A DNA stretch of 64,000 nt, from contig JAAOMT010000563.1 of the NCBI GenBank assembly GCA_016748015.1, positions 124,001 through 188,000 on the forward strand. The letters run 5' to 3'. Source of the stretch: Geosiphon pyriformis uo1 (Eukaryota > Fungi > Glomeromycota). How positions within the stretch are numbered: position 1 is the stretch's first letter; the number at the start of each line of letters is the position of its first letter. Positions 1 to 12,900 of the stretch are shown here, piece after piece. A model generated the notes under the pieces. That model saw only the letters and a program-made list of their open reading frames with translations. It had not been told where the DNA came from and did no database searches. Position numbers and translations under genes: made by a program.

Positions 1-584
1 ACAGCAGAAAGTTCAATATCCAATACAAAAGATTTTACCAAAATAAAATTCTGAATCTCCCAATCATGTGACACAATTGGCAGCAACTGATTGGATCCAT
101 TGAACGTGTGAGGAGGGAGCTCCAAAATGTCGCCAGCACTACCCATATCAATGAAAGAAGGCTGCTTAGGCAGGTGATCAAATACATATGTTCTCATTCT
201 CAAACCCTTTGGCGTAGCATTACCCATTAGTTTGTCATCCCCAGAAGCGTCGGAATTGACGTAGCTCGTTTCTTCCACAATCGTGTTTTTCATGTTCTCA
301 ACGTCAGAAATCCCTCCAATACTTGATTCCTCACTGTCCATTTTGCTACCCCAAGATTTTTTCCAGTCGTCAACACCACCATATAGCATGTTCACAAGCA
401 GAGAGCCAGCCGACAAATTCACAACAACACCAGAATCATCAGATTTCTTTGCTTTCTTGTAAGACGGACCACGAGCGTAAACACTCTCAATGTACATCTT
501 TTTTTTATTGCCAGAATGGGTCCTCACACCAGCCGAACCAGATGCTGACCCACCAGCAGAAAAGCCTACTGGATCCATTGTCAT
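1..584 (-). mobile_element. 5' part of a LINE ORF1 (gag-like), open and running off the window edge
   Basis: My manual translation from ATG 584 gives MTMDPVGFSAGGSASG...ELPPHTFNGSNQLLP...KSFVLDIELSA with no stop. The end matches KLFALDINFLAV in ORF1 of the LINE at 8075. Confidence 0.8.
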
Positions 585-1249
585 GAACAGAGGTGTATGT
601 AAAGAAATAACTGAAGAGAACAGAAGGGAATAAGGGAAAAAAAAGATATTTCTTTGACTACCCTATGCTCTCGTTGTGGTCAGGGGATCAACAAAAGAAA
701 GGATTTTTTTTATTAGCAGTTTTCAAATTCATGATGAAAGAATTATTTAAAGAAATATTGAAAGATTTGACAAGAAAAAACAGAAAACTTCTTTTTTAAA
801 AATGTGCCTTTTTTAAGGATTTTTGGAGGTAAAAAAGAAAGAAGTTTTTATTTTTGTTAATTAATATTATTTAATTATTTTTTATTTTTATTTAATTTTT
901 TTATTTTTAATTTAGTTTTTTATTAATTTTAATTTTTGGTTTAAATATGACTTTGAATATATATATTTTTTATTTAATTTTTTTTGATAAAGTTTAAAAC
1001 TCTTTATTTTTGAATTTTATTGTATTTAATATTATTATTTTAAAATTAAATAGCTTAAAAATTAATATAATTAAGTTTACAAGCTTTTTTAATATTGTTT
1101 TCTTAAAATTAAATTTTTTGTTTATTAATAATATTATTTTTTTAATAATTTGTTTAATGTAAAAAATTATTATATGTAATATTAAAAACATAAACAATTT
1201 TATAAAACAAAAAAATATGTAAAATAATATAAAAATATAAATAATATAA

Positions 1250-3080
1250 TTTTTATTATTATTAAACAAAATTAAAAAATTAAATTAGATTTTGAATTAT
1301 AAACAAATTGAATAAATATATATATTTATATTTGATTTAAATTTTAATTACTTGAATTTTGAAATTATAATTATTATAAATTTTAATTTAATAAAATATA
1401 TCTGTAAAATTTTTAAGCTTTTAAAATAACTTTTGATAATTTACTTATTATTTAAAAATAAATTTTTAATTATTATTTTAGATTTATATATTAAAATATT
1501 ATTATGTATAAAACTTAAATTAAATTATGTTTTACATACTAAAACTGTAAATATTAATATATTTATAATATTAATTTTAAAAAATATTTGGATTTAAATT
1601 TGTGTAACTTTTTAGTAAATTGCTTTGTAACTAAATTTTTAACTTGAAAAAACTTTAAAAAAATTAAACAAATTATTAATTCTGTTTTTATTATTTTTGT
1701 TATTATTATTATTAACTAGAATATATATATAATATATTTAAGTTTTTTAACTTTAATTACAAAGCTGTTTTGGTTTGAATAATATTTTAGATGTTTAATT
1801 TAATAATTTATATAAATAAACAAATAAAAATCTTTAAAAATATAAAATTAAAGATGTTAATAATACTAAATAAAACTATTTTAAAAATTTTTTTTTTGTT
1901 AAAAATTATTATTATTGTAAATATATTTAATAAGTGAAAAAAAAACTGAAAATTTAAACATAATATAATTTTTTATTTAAATATATTGTGTTTATTAACT
2001 AATAAAATGTTTTTTAAAACTTGGTTTTATAAATTTAATTATGTTAAAAATGAATATTTTTAAAAAATTTTTAAATTAAAACAATTAATTATTAAGTAAT
2101 TAAAACTAAATTTTAATATTAAATTTAAATAATTTCTATATATTTGATTTTTTTTAATAAAGTTAAAACATTAAAAATATGTAATATATTAAATACTAAT
2201 TTTTATATTAATAATATTAATATAATTTGTTTAATTTATTAAATATTTAAGTATTATAAGTTTTGTATAACTAAAACTTTAAAAATAAGATTAATAATTA
2301 AAAAAACATATGAAAATTTTTGTAAATAAAAAACAATATAATCAAAACTATGTTAAAACATCTTTTTTAAAAAATTGGTTTGAATTATTTAATTATTAAA
2401 AATAAATTAATTTAAAGTTAAAAATTGTTAAGTTTAAGATAAATACAATTATAAAAAAATAAATTAAGAAAAAAATAATTTTAAATAAGATTTCTGTTTT
2501 ATAATATTATTAATATAATTTATTAAATTATGTAAATAATAAAGTATTTATTAAAGTTATAAAAAAAATCAAACATAATAAGTTGTAATAATTAAAAATT
2601 TGCTAAATAACAAAATTATTAATTTGTTTGGTATTATAAATAAGCTTAAATCTTTTTAGCTTGTAACAAGTTTAATGTTCTTTATAATAATAATTTTTTA
2701 GTTTATAGAATACTTTAACTTATTTTCTTATTTTTACAATAAATATAATAATTAAAAATATTTTAAAAAAGAATTAAGAATTGTAGTTTGTTTTACAAAA
2801 TATGTAAAAAACATATAATTTAATAAGTTAAGATTAAAATATGTAAAAAATTCATTAAATTTTTTGAAAACATTTATAATAATAAATAAAATAAGATTAT
2901 AACAAACTTTGGCTTAACAAAAAACTATAAAGTAATGTAATAAGTTAGATTAAGAAGAGCTTTTTTTGGAAAATTTTTATGATTCTCTTTTTTGTAAGAT
3001 CAAAGCAGTATAAAAGTTTAAGTGGTTATAAGATTAATTCCAAATTTATTGTAAAGACTAAAAAGATTAATGTTTTTAAA
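1250..3080 (+). mobile_element. Heavily AT-eroded ghost LINE ORF2 (endonuclease to RT)
   Basis: Colinear with ORF2 at 10-12 kb. 2605-2647 (ctaaataacaaaattattaatttgtttggtattataaataagctt) matches 11496-11539 (cctgatgataaagctgctggtttgtctggcattcccaataagctt). 2945-3070 matches the LDQ..FYD.LLCKIK...GY.INSKF segment near 12070-12200. Boundaries are approximate. Confidence 0.75.
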
Positions 3081-3390
3081 GATAATAAATTGGCTAATTT
3101 AAAGATTGTAAAAATTAGTTAATTATGTATTGTAAACAAATTGGAATACTATTACCCAAATTAAAAATAAAATAAAAAAACAAGTTAATTAATGTAAGTT
3201 TTAATATAATAGAAAATTCAGTATTTTGTTAAGTCACTTAGAAAAAACCGTTATAATTATTTTTATTGTTTAATTTGTAATTACTAAATTAAGTTCATAG
3301 CAAGAAAAAATTTGAAATGATGAACTGCAAATTTCAATTTTGATTTATTATCCTTCTACAGGCTCTTTCCCGTCCCAAGTGTCCTCAAGC

Positions 3391-4788
3391 ATGTCCGAGT
3401 TTCCAACGCTTAAAAACGACCTCATTCTTCGCGCTGCTACTGGTACGTAAAACTACCTATATATGATGTCTGAAAATTTAAAAAACCTGCAACCACTGAT
3501 TTTTTCTGATGTTAACAGGTCAACCTACCGAGCGTGCACCAGTTTGGATAATGAGACAAGCTGGAAGGTATTTACCTGGTAAAAACCAAAGCCCTAATAT
3601 TTATGCTGCAGCAAATTCCGAAATAATTTGGCGTTGCAAGTACACACAAACCTTTTATTTATTAAAAAGAGTAATCAAATAATGATCTGTTAGCATTAAG
3701 TGGATCTACTCTCTTCCATTTTGTGGATAGAATTTCGCGAGGAACGTGAAAAGCACGATTTTTTTACAATCTGCCGAACTCCAGAACTCGCAACCCTCGT
3801 GACGTTACAGCCGATTAATCGATATGATGGGTTATTAGATGCCGCCATCATATTTTCTGATATTCTTGTTGTTCCACAAGCCCTTGGGATGACAGTAGAG
3901 ATGTTGCCGGGCAAAGGTCCAAACTTCCCTGAGCCTTTAGTAACCCCAGCCGATTTGGGGAAGCTGAAGGACAACGTAGACGTGAACCAAGAATTGGGTT
4001 ATGTATTTGATGCGATCACAATGACAAGAAAAGCTTTAGAAGGCAGGGTGCCATTAATTGGGTTCATCGGTGCGCCTTGGACTTTGATGGCGTACATGAT
4101 TGAAGGGGGAGGAAGTAACACTTTATCAAAAGCAAAGACATGGATTTTCAAACATTCAAAGGAAAGTCATGAATTATTGCAAAAAATCACTGATGTGGCA
4201 ACAGAATTTTTGGTGGGACAAATAAAAGCTGGTGCTCAGGTAAACATGGATTATTGGTTTTAATTTGAAATCATACAATATGATTGCTTACTAGGATGCG
4301 GAATTTTTTATGACTAGATGGTTCAAGTATTTGAATCATGGGGTGGTGAACTTTCTCCACAAGATTTTAAGACCTTCTCATTACCATATTTAACTCAAAT
4401 CGCAAGACGAGTCAAGGAGAGGCTCATCAATGACAACATCCCCCTTGTACCAATGACAATTTTTGCTAAAGGCTCTTGGTATGGCCTTGAATCGTTGTCT
4501 CAAAGCGGCTATGACACTATTTCATTAGACTGGACTGTGGATCCAGTCTACGCCAAAACTATCACCAAAGGGAAAGTTACGCTTCAGGGAAATATGGACC
4601 CGAGCGTATTATACGGTGGTGATGATGTGATTCGTGAAACGGTGCGAAAAATGTTGACAGCTTTCGGCACGAATGAAAGATATATAGTGAATTTGGGTCA
4701 TGGAATTTTGCCCACGGTCGATCCGGAAGCGACTAAAGTTTTCTTAGAAACAGTGCATAAGGTTGGATTGGAGTTGAACAAAAATTGA
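3391..4788 (+). CDS. HEM12: Uroporphyrinogen decarboxylase; exons 3391-3442, 3519-3578, 3731-4239, 4318-4788
   Basis: Spliced product contains [56 protein letters not shown] and NLGHG. Introns are GT-AG. Confidence 0.96.
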
Positions 4789-5224
4789 GGAGGGTCTTCG
4801 ATCTTATTTTCAGCCTTGTAAACTTTAATCGGTAGCTACATTCCGACGATTAAACTCGGGTAGAAGGATCTGTATTTTGTCTATTCGCATGAACACAAAA
4901 TAAATTACTTCTAAATTATTTTTAAGGATATTAATCAAAGCTTTATTGATTCGCTAACTGCATTCATCAGTTCAAGCTTAGCATGAGTTCAGATTCATTA
5001 ACGATTCTCACTTGTAGAGAACTAATAGTTAGATTATTTAACTTAAAAAGATTCTAAATCCACGTTTATTTGAAGATCAATTAACAGAAATCATATGAAA
5101 AAAAGGTTCCTCTGGATACTGACGAGTCACATTAAAAAGATTTGTTCACTTATCCTAAAAGCTCATATATACAAAATATCTATGTTCCAGAAAAGCTGTT
5201 GATTCTCTTGGTAAAAAAAAATTC

Positions 5225-5810
5225 CCGATTTTTTAAGTAATTTGTTTCCAATATTCAACAACGTACCATTACATCATATTAAGGATTGCATGACCTCAAG
5301 GCTCCAAGCAACGCCTGGAGAAAAATTCCCGAGCACCATTTTTATCTCTATCCATTATGGTCTTACAATTTTGGCGTTTATACATCTCAAATTCCTTGAT
5401 GTTTTAGATGTTTTCACACCAACTGCAAGTTTTGGACATACAAACTTCATTTTGAATGATAATACAAACTCTCAATTCCTCTGTTTTGGCTATTATATGT
5501 TGTCAAAATTGATAATATGTCCAACTGAGCATGTTTCGAACGATTTTTTGTGTAATATTCCTCATTTTTTGTCAATACCTCGAAAGAAGGAATGATAATG
5601 ACATTAACTTTCTAAGTAAAAAAAGCAATGATTTTTCTATGGATTTTGGTTGCAAATATTTAATTTTTGGTCAAATAGATTCTGCTGCTTTTTTAAGTCT
5701 TTTAGCCTTCTTTTTGTTACATTGAACTATGTAAATATAAATATAAGCAATATGTTTACTTTCATGAATGCTAAAAATCAATAAAAACTGTATGAACAAA
5801 ACTATTTGCT
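5225..5810 (-). pseudogene. Degenerate Fanzor2 / IS607-type TnpB nuclease C-terminal relic with a putative element right end (...AAAAAATCGG)
   Basis: Minus-strand translation across stops and frameshifts: KKKAKRLKKAAESI..IHRKIIAFFT*KVNVIIIPSFEV..RNITQKIVRNMLSWTYYQF*QHIIAKTEELRVCIIIQNEVCMSKTCSWCENI..EMYKRQNCKTIMDRDKNGAR. This gives RuvC-II (IIIPxFE), a CxxC..CxxC zinc finger and RuvC-III (DRDxNGAR). An eroded VHTVFID near 5775-5800 may be RuvC-I. Confidence 0.85.
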
Positions 5811-5934
5811 TAGAGTATATAAACTTTTTTTATATCTTATAAATTCAGAAAATGTTTACTTATTTAGTTATTTTGTATAAATAAAATTACTTTTTGTTTT
5901 GTGCTTTGTTTTAAAATAAAAAACCCATAAAAGA

Positions 5935-7900
5935 TTTTTATTAAGTTTTAACAAAGTGTGTCTAAATACTATTTAATACAATATATTAAACTAAGTAATT
6001 TAAATTAAATATGTTTTACATGTTTTTTACATGTGACCAACCACCCGAATCAATTAAGATACTAATTAAGCTGAATTAAAAGAAGCTAGAAATAAATTTA
6101 ATTTACTAAGTTTCTTTATAATATTATTCAAATTTTGATTATTAAAAACAGCCTAGTTTTTTTAATACTATTTTTAGTATTAGAATAACAAATTTATTAC
6201 AAAGTAATTAAACATTCAATAATGTCATTATTCAAAAAAGATGCTTTAACAGCACCAATTTTGTTTTTATTTATGTTATTGAATTTTATTCTAGCTTTAA
6301 AATTAACAAAACAGACTAGCCAAAAGATTAATAAAGTTCTTAAAAATATTTATTTTAATAATTAAGTTTTTTTTATTTTGAAATTTTTACATGTATTCTT
6401 AGCCAAAAGAAAAAAACTAAAATAATTAAAAAACTAATTGGTTTAATAACAGATTTAATCAAAGCAGTTAAATTTAAAATTTTAAAAAATTTAACTTAGA
6501 GCAAACTATATAATTAATAACAAAAATAACAGTAAATAAAGCCAAAAACACAGCAATAAAAAAAACCAAAAAAGCAATCACTTTGACATATAATTTTGAA
6601 CCAATAAAAAATAAATTAACACTTTCTAAAACTTTAATAAACTTAAAAAAAACAAAATCATTTTACAATTTATAAAAAAAAAATTTAAATTCTAATATTT
6701 ATAATAATAATAATATTTAAAAGTCTCTTATTAAATACAACATTTATACAAAATACTAATTTTTAAAACAACAAGATTCAAACTTCTAAAAAATTAAAAA
6801 TTATAACAGTAAACATTATTAATAATAAAAATTAAAAAAGCAAAAAATAAAGCAAATATAAATACCAACTTAAAAAATTAAATTACTGATTTTAAAAACA
6901 ATATAACTCAAAAAAAATTAATTAATTTGGCTTTGAAAATATCTTTTAAAATAATAATTTTTTTTGGTTAAACAAAATAAAATTTTAATATTATTTTTTT
7001 TAATTAATACAATTAGTTATTAAAAACAGCAACAGCAAAAAAAGTTCTTAAAATAAACAAACTTTAATTTAACTAAAATAATAATACCAAAAACATTAAA
7101 ACCATTTTTAATATTATTAAAAAATATGTTATAAAAGTAAAAATACTTGGAATTGCTGATGCTTTTGGTGTTTATTTTGGTTTCTGTAGGTCATGTTTAT
7201 TCTTTTTTGGTATTGGCAATGATATTTCAGTTCACATAGCTGTGTAGTAGTGTCTTGATCAGTCTAAGTGGCTGGTCACATGTAGAAAAAGCATAATTCG
7301 CACCTAGTTTAAATTATTTGTATGATGTATTATATTAGGTGGTGTTTAGACCTTACTCGTAAAGCAATAAAAATAAAAAATAAAAAAAGTAAAAATAAAA
7401 AAATAAAAACCATTACAAAAATTTTTGTAATCTTAAGTATAATTAAAAAAAATTATCAATAAAAATTTTAATAATAATAATCAAAAAAACATTAAAAATA
7501 AAATTTATATAAAACAATTTTATATTATTTTTTGAACTTAATTTAAGTTCAACAAAAAATTAACTAAAACTAATTTGATTTTAAAAATAATATTAAATAT
7601 TATAATAAAAATTATCTACTTAAAAAATTTTTAACACCTAAAAATTATTTTTTAAAAATAAAAAAAAATTAATTTAGTTTTTATTTAATCAATTTAATTT
7701 TTAAAATCAAGTGATTTAATAAGTTAATTTGTTTTTAAAATTAATAAAAATTTGCAAAAAACATTATATTTGATAATATAACTAATAATTAATTTTAATT
7801 TATTATAAAAAACATGTTATTGTTATTATTATCTATATTAAAATTAAAAATTTAAAAATAAAACAAGTAGAATTATATATTTAAAAATTAATTTATTAAA
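5935..7900 (-). mobile_element. AT-eroded ghost copy of the ORF1-only retroelement family, interrupted by the 7146-7384 insertion
   Basis: The reverse complement of 6070-6330 aligns with the C-terminal coding region 23560-23810 and is followed directly by the conserved 3' tail (ggttggtcacatgt...aataaaaa). 7500-7640 aligns with the FKIKLAHVK and SKDNVKLFCVEF coding segments. The 5' boundary is approximate. Confidence 0.75.
7146..7384 (+). mobile_element. Severely 5'-truncated LINE insertion (ORF2 C-terminus, 3' tail, poly(A))
   Basis: Encodes LGIADAFGVYFGFCRSCLFFFGIGNDISVHIAV*, homologous to the ORF2 end at 21357. Conserved tail present. 13-bp TSD aaaagtaaaaata at 7133-7145 and 7385-7397. Confidence 0.85.
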
Positions 7901-8074
7901 AACAATATAATTAAAAAAATTTTTTAATTTAGCTATAAAAATATTAAAAAAAAATTTTTTTTCTTTCTTACTTCCAAATAATCTTCAAAGAGCACATTTT
8001 CTGAAAAAGAAGTTTTTTTTATTTTTTCCTGTTAAGTTTATATCAATATTTTTTTAATTAATAACCTCTTCATT

Positions 8075-9947
8075 GTGGATTTAAAGGCTGTTTCTGGCAG
8101 TGATATGTCTAAGAAAAAGACGCCTAAGGGCACTTTTCATGGTCTTGCTAGTGGTTTTTTCTTCCAAAAAAAAAAAGTGGTTTTTGGTAATATTAAACAT
8201 TTAGGTGATGAAAAGAACATTTCTTTAGTCAAACTTGGTTCTAGTGACATGTACTTGGACATAAATAGTGAGTCTAGTTGTGGTGAAGACAATACAGTTA
8301 TGGAAGACATTAACAGTGGATTACTTTTAGGCTCAGCAGCCAATACTCCTAGAGCAAAAAGTGTGGATTTTAGCATGGTCTTTGGTTCCTCTCTTGGATC
8401 TCCCAATTATAAAATAAAAGAAGAAATAGAACTCCTCCCACTTCTCCTTAGTATATCTTTGGAAAAAAAATGGATAGATCCTAAAATTGTGAAAACTCCT
8501 ATGGAAGTTTCTGTTAGAAAATTATTTGCTCTAGATATCAATTTTTTAGCAGTGAAGGGCAAGTCTGCTACAGTGAAGACTCAGTTCATCAGGAAAATTT
8601 TTTCAACAGTCAATGGTTTTGGAGAGACCACTACCTCCTCAAAATTTAAGGGGATCATCAGATCTACTTTTACTTTAATAGAAAGCATAGAACAGGCCTC
8701 ATCATTGGCCAAAGAAAATAGAATCATTATTAACACTTAGAAAACAAAGTTTTTACTCAGATTGGGCTGTGATCATTAAGAAAATTCCCATGAATACACC
8801 TAAAGAAATAATTGTCACTGCAGTTTCTGAATTTGGTAATATTAAGTCAATCAAGATACAACTAATTGGGATGTGGCAAAAGACTATAGTAGAGTTCACT
8901 AATTCAGACCAGGCTATGCAGCTAGCATCCAAATGATTATTCCTGATTGGGAAAAATTCTGTGCATATAGCCATAGCTGTAAGAAATTGTGAGACTTGGG
9001 CTTCTAAGAACCAGTTCAGAGTGCTTTTGTTTACTTTGCTAGTAAAGACAACCACACATAATCTTGGTGCTCTATTGGATGGGGCTGGTGGGAAAATATG
9101 TGTAATCAACCATTCACTAGAAACTGGCAATTGAACTTACTGTGTTATCATTAACTTTGAGTCTAAGAGTGGTCTTGAGTCTGCATTTTATACTGAACCA
9201 ATTTTCGGCAATATGAGACTTTCCTGAACTAGATTGGACTTAGTTCAGTGTGAAAAGTGTGGGAAATTTAGACACTCATCTTTGGAGTATAATGCTCCTA
9301 ATGTCTCTGTGTTGTCAAACCCAAAGTCTTTTAGAGGAAATACTTTTGGTATAGACCAACTTCAATTGACCAGGTTGTATGCTAAAAAAAACATTCTTAT
9401 CTTTTGTCCTGCTGCTTTTGGTGGCCAGTCATGGGCTTAAGTGGTTTCAATGGCCTCACTTATTCATAGTTCAGTTGCTGGCTCTGGTGCTGGCTTTTTT
9501 CTCTCTGGTGCTTATATCTTGGGTGGTTTTTTTTCTCCTCTTTCTGTTGGTGATTTTTCTTTGAGTGCATATTTGGTATCTTTGGAGTGTTTTCTTGAAC
9601 TTTTAACAAATCAAGTTTCTGGTATTTTGTGTAAGCTCAGCAATGTGGAATTAGTGTCTTTGGTTCTTGTTTTTCTCTCTTAGGCTTCGACTGGCTCTGC
9701 AATTTCTGATTTGGGCTCAGTTATAGATATGGTTATGGATAAATCTGAGATGGTAGCACCTTTTCTCTTTTTTGTTGCTGATAAAGTTCCAGTTTTGGGC
9801 CCAAGTAGTTCCAAAATTCTAACCACTAAGATAGGCTGTTTGGAATCTAAGTTAGTGGCTCTTGAAGCCTCTATTGGTTCAGTTTTGGTAAAGTTAAAGC
9901 TGATTTGTGTTGGTTCAGGTTTATTGGCCTTTTTTTCTCCTCAATAA
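8075..9947 (+). pseudogene. LINE ORF1 (RRM-like segments, CCHC-type knuckle CEKCGKFRHSSLEY, C-terminal coiled coil), broken by stops
   Basis: In-frame ORF fragments 8075-8740, 9234-9440, 9441-9683 and 9711-9947. Confidence 0.8.
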
Positions 9948-12900
9948 GTGGTTTGATCTGAAAAATAGCTACCTGTAATGTTTGGGGTATCAATGTTTCT
10001 GCCAAGCAAGAGGATATTGTTCATTGGCATAAGGAATCTGGGAATGTGGTTTCTATTATTATGGAGATAAAGTTAAGGTCTAATATTAGGTCATGGATAG
10101 CCAATAAGTTTAATGGAGTAAAAATATTCTCGATGGGCTTGGACAAGGGTTTTCTTGGTGCTGAAGTAGCAATAATTATGAACAATAATTTGGCTCATTA
10201 TGTGTGCAAAATTGAGGAAATTCCAGATTGGGTCATCTTGATATGGCTCCTGTTCAAAGGCAAGCTTTCAGTTTCAATTTTGGATCTATATGCTAGTGCT
10301 TCAGCTGGAGCTAGATTTAGTCAAGCCTTGGAGATTAATGCATTTATTACTAAGACTATTAACTCTAGTACTTTTTTGGTTATTGGTGGGGATTTTAATC
10401 AGAGTGGTTCAAGAAGAAGTGCATGTTTTAGATTTTGTTCAGATTTGGGTTTGGTTAACTCACTCAGTGGATTTTCTTTGATCAAAGCTCCCACATGGAG
10501 CAATTCTAGAGGGGTTGAAAAGACCATAGACTTTGTTTTTATTAGTGCAAGTTTGGCTTCTATGGTCACTGGGTGTGCTGTTAGTTCTGCTTCTGAATTT
10601 TTTGAATCTGATCATAAGGCAGTTTTGGTCTTAATTAATTTGGATGGTCTTGTAGATGTCAATTTGAACAGCTTGCATAAGCAGGCCAATAGGGACAAAT
10701 GGAAGTTTAAAATTAAGTCAGCTAGTGATGATCAATGGTTGCAATTCAAAAAGTGTTTTTCTAGTGAGTTTTAGTTGAGATCTGTGAACTTTGACATCAC
10801 AAAAAAAAATGGAGATTTAGATAAGATGTGAGACATTCTTAGTGAGATAGTAGTTTGCTCTGCTGATCAAGTGTTTTCTAAGTTCTGGTTTAATGATTTT
10901 GAGTGTTTAAGGAATAAGGTTTCTTCGAAGTTCTTTAAGCTGGAATTATTAATCTCCAAACTAGTGAAGGATTTGAGTTTGCATTGGGATCCTGTGGCTA
11001 ATTGCTTTGTTAATGCCTGGTCTGTTGTTGATTTTGAGGAAGCCTCCAAATTTTGTGCTATGGTTGATGGTAGTGCTGATTATGATGCAATTTTTGGCCA
11101 CTTGTCAAGTATTAAAAAGAGATATTATAGGTCCAAATATTTTGAATTCAAGAATGCCAGGGATGTTGTTATTAGAAAGACAGTTGACAAGTGCATAGAA
11201 AATTTTTGTACTGACAAAGGCCATATGATTAAAAGTGTTTTGAAATGGCCTTTTCATAAGGTAGTCTTCGATCATTTGGTGGTTAATAATGATTTGGTTT
11301 TGGAGCCTGGTAAAGTTAAATCTGTAGTCAACACTATTATAGAAGGTTGGACGAGAAAACATGCAATCTCTGATGTTCTGCCTGCTTGTTGGACTGCCTA
11401 ATATGCTCTCCTAAGTTATGTTGATGATGATGCATTCTCAAAAATTATGTGCAATATAGAGTCTGATGAATTTTTTCATATAATTAAGTGTTTACCTGAT
11501 GATAAAGCTGCTGGTTTGTCTGGCATTCCCAATAAGCTTTGGAAATATGGTAATACATGGGTTTTGGGTGGTTTGTTGGATATTCTTAATACATGTTTGG
11601 TGTTAGATGCAATGTCTGCTCATTGGAGATGTGTATGGGTGTCTATAATTCTGAAGCCATATGATTGAGAAGGGATTCTTACTAACATCAGACTGATTGC
11701 TTTGATTAAAACATCTTGAAAGATATTGTCTAAGATATTGTTTGACAAAATCTCTGTGGCTTGTAGTAGATTTGATGTTCTGCAAGGTGACAATTTCTTA
11801 GTTTTGAAAGACATATCCATGCAGACCCCAATTTTTGCTATTGGTTTGATTGTTGAGGACACTTTGGAGAAGAATAGGGAGCTATGACTGGTTCTTCAGG
11901 ATATGTGAAAAGTATATAATTCTGTTGGATGGTTTTATCTATATAATAATTTGGCTAGAATTAAGATGTGTTCTTGCTTTACTAGGTTTTTTGACAGCCT
12001 ACACAATGACAGATTCAATCATGTCATGACTAACTTTGGATTCACAGATGGTTATGTTGTTCATGACAGTCTAGATCAAGAAAAAGTTTTCTCATCTTTG
12101 TTATAGAGGATCTTTTATGATCTTTTGCTCTGCAAGATTAAGCATTGTAGTGATTTATTTGGATATAGGTTGAATTCAAAATTTTTTACTAAATCTGGCA
12201 AGCTAGATTTTAAAAGTAGCTTGACATTTTTTCTGGCTGCTGAAGCTTTTGTGGATGACACAATATGGATCGGAAATAGTATGACTGCTATTCAGAACAT
12301 TTTAAATATAGCAAGTGAGTTTTTTGGGATCAATGACATCTCCATTAACACAGATAAGATGGCTGCCATACTTATCAACATGAGGGTAGAGAATCCTCAG
12401 TTGTTTATTAGTGGATTTGCTATTTCAATAGCAAAAAAGAAGGAACCACACAGATACTTAGGCATTTTTTTGTTTACAGATGGTCTTTCTGTATCCAGTT
12501 TTGCCAAAGCACACTCAGATGTTTGGTTTTTTACCAATCTAATATTGAGAAAGTCCATTTCAGACAAGCAATTTTTGTATCTGGTGTCTGCTGTGCTTCA
12601 GTCTATTGTTAATTACAGGATTCAATTCAGCTATGTTTTGGCACATATGTGTGAGAAATGGGACAGACTGCTCAGAAAGGGGCTGAAACTCAAGGCCAGC
12701 TTATCTAGAGATTTCCCCAATGAGGCTATATATCATCTTGAACTGTATAGTCTCAAATCTTTTGGCCAGTTGCAAGCTAAAAATCTATTGGCCAGTGTGG
12801 TTAGTTTCACCAACTCTGGTGGCATCCTCAGCAGGTTGTTCAAGCACAGAGCCATGGATCTACAGGCCATCAGCTGGATGCTCTGGCAATCTTTTAGTTT

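Noticed and set aside
994-1269. 91-aa I/K/F/N-rich ORF (also 59639-59839 and 47572-47946)
   Set aside because: Compositional artefacts of AT-rich DNA with no domain signal.
5242-5725. Plus-strand ORFs 5242-5595 and 5531-5725
   Set aside because: Antisense shadows of the Fanzor-like relic on the minus strand.
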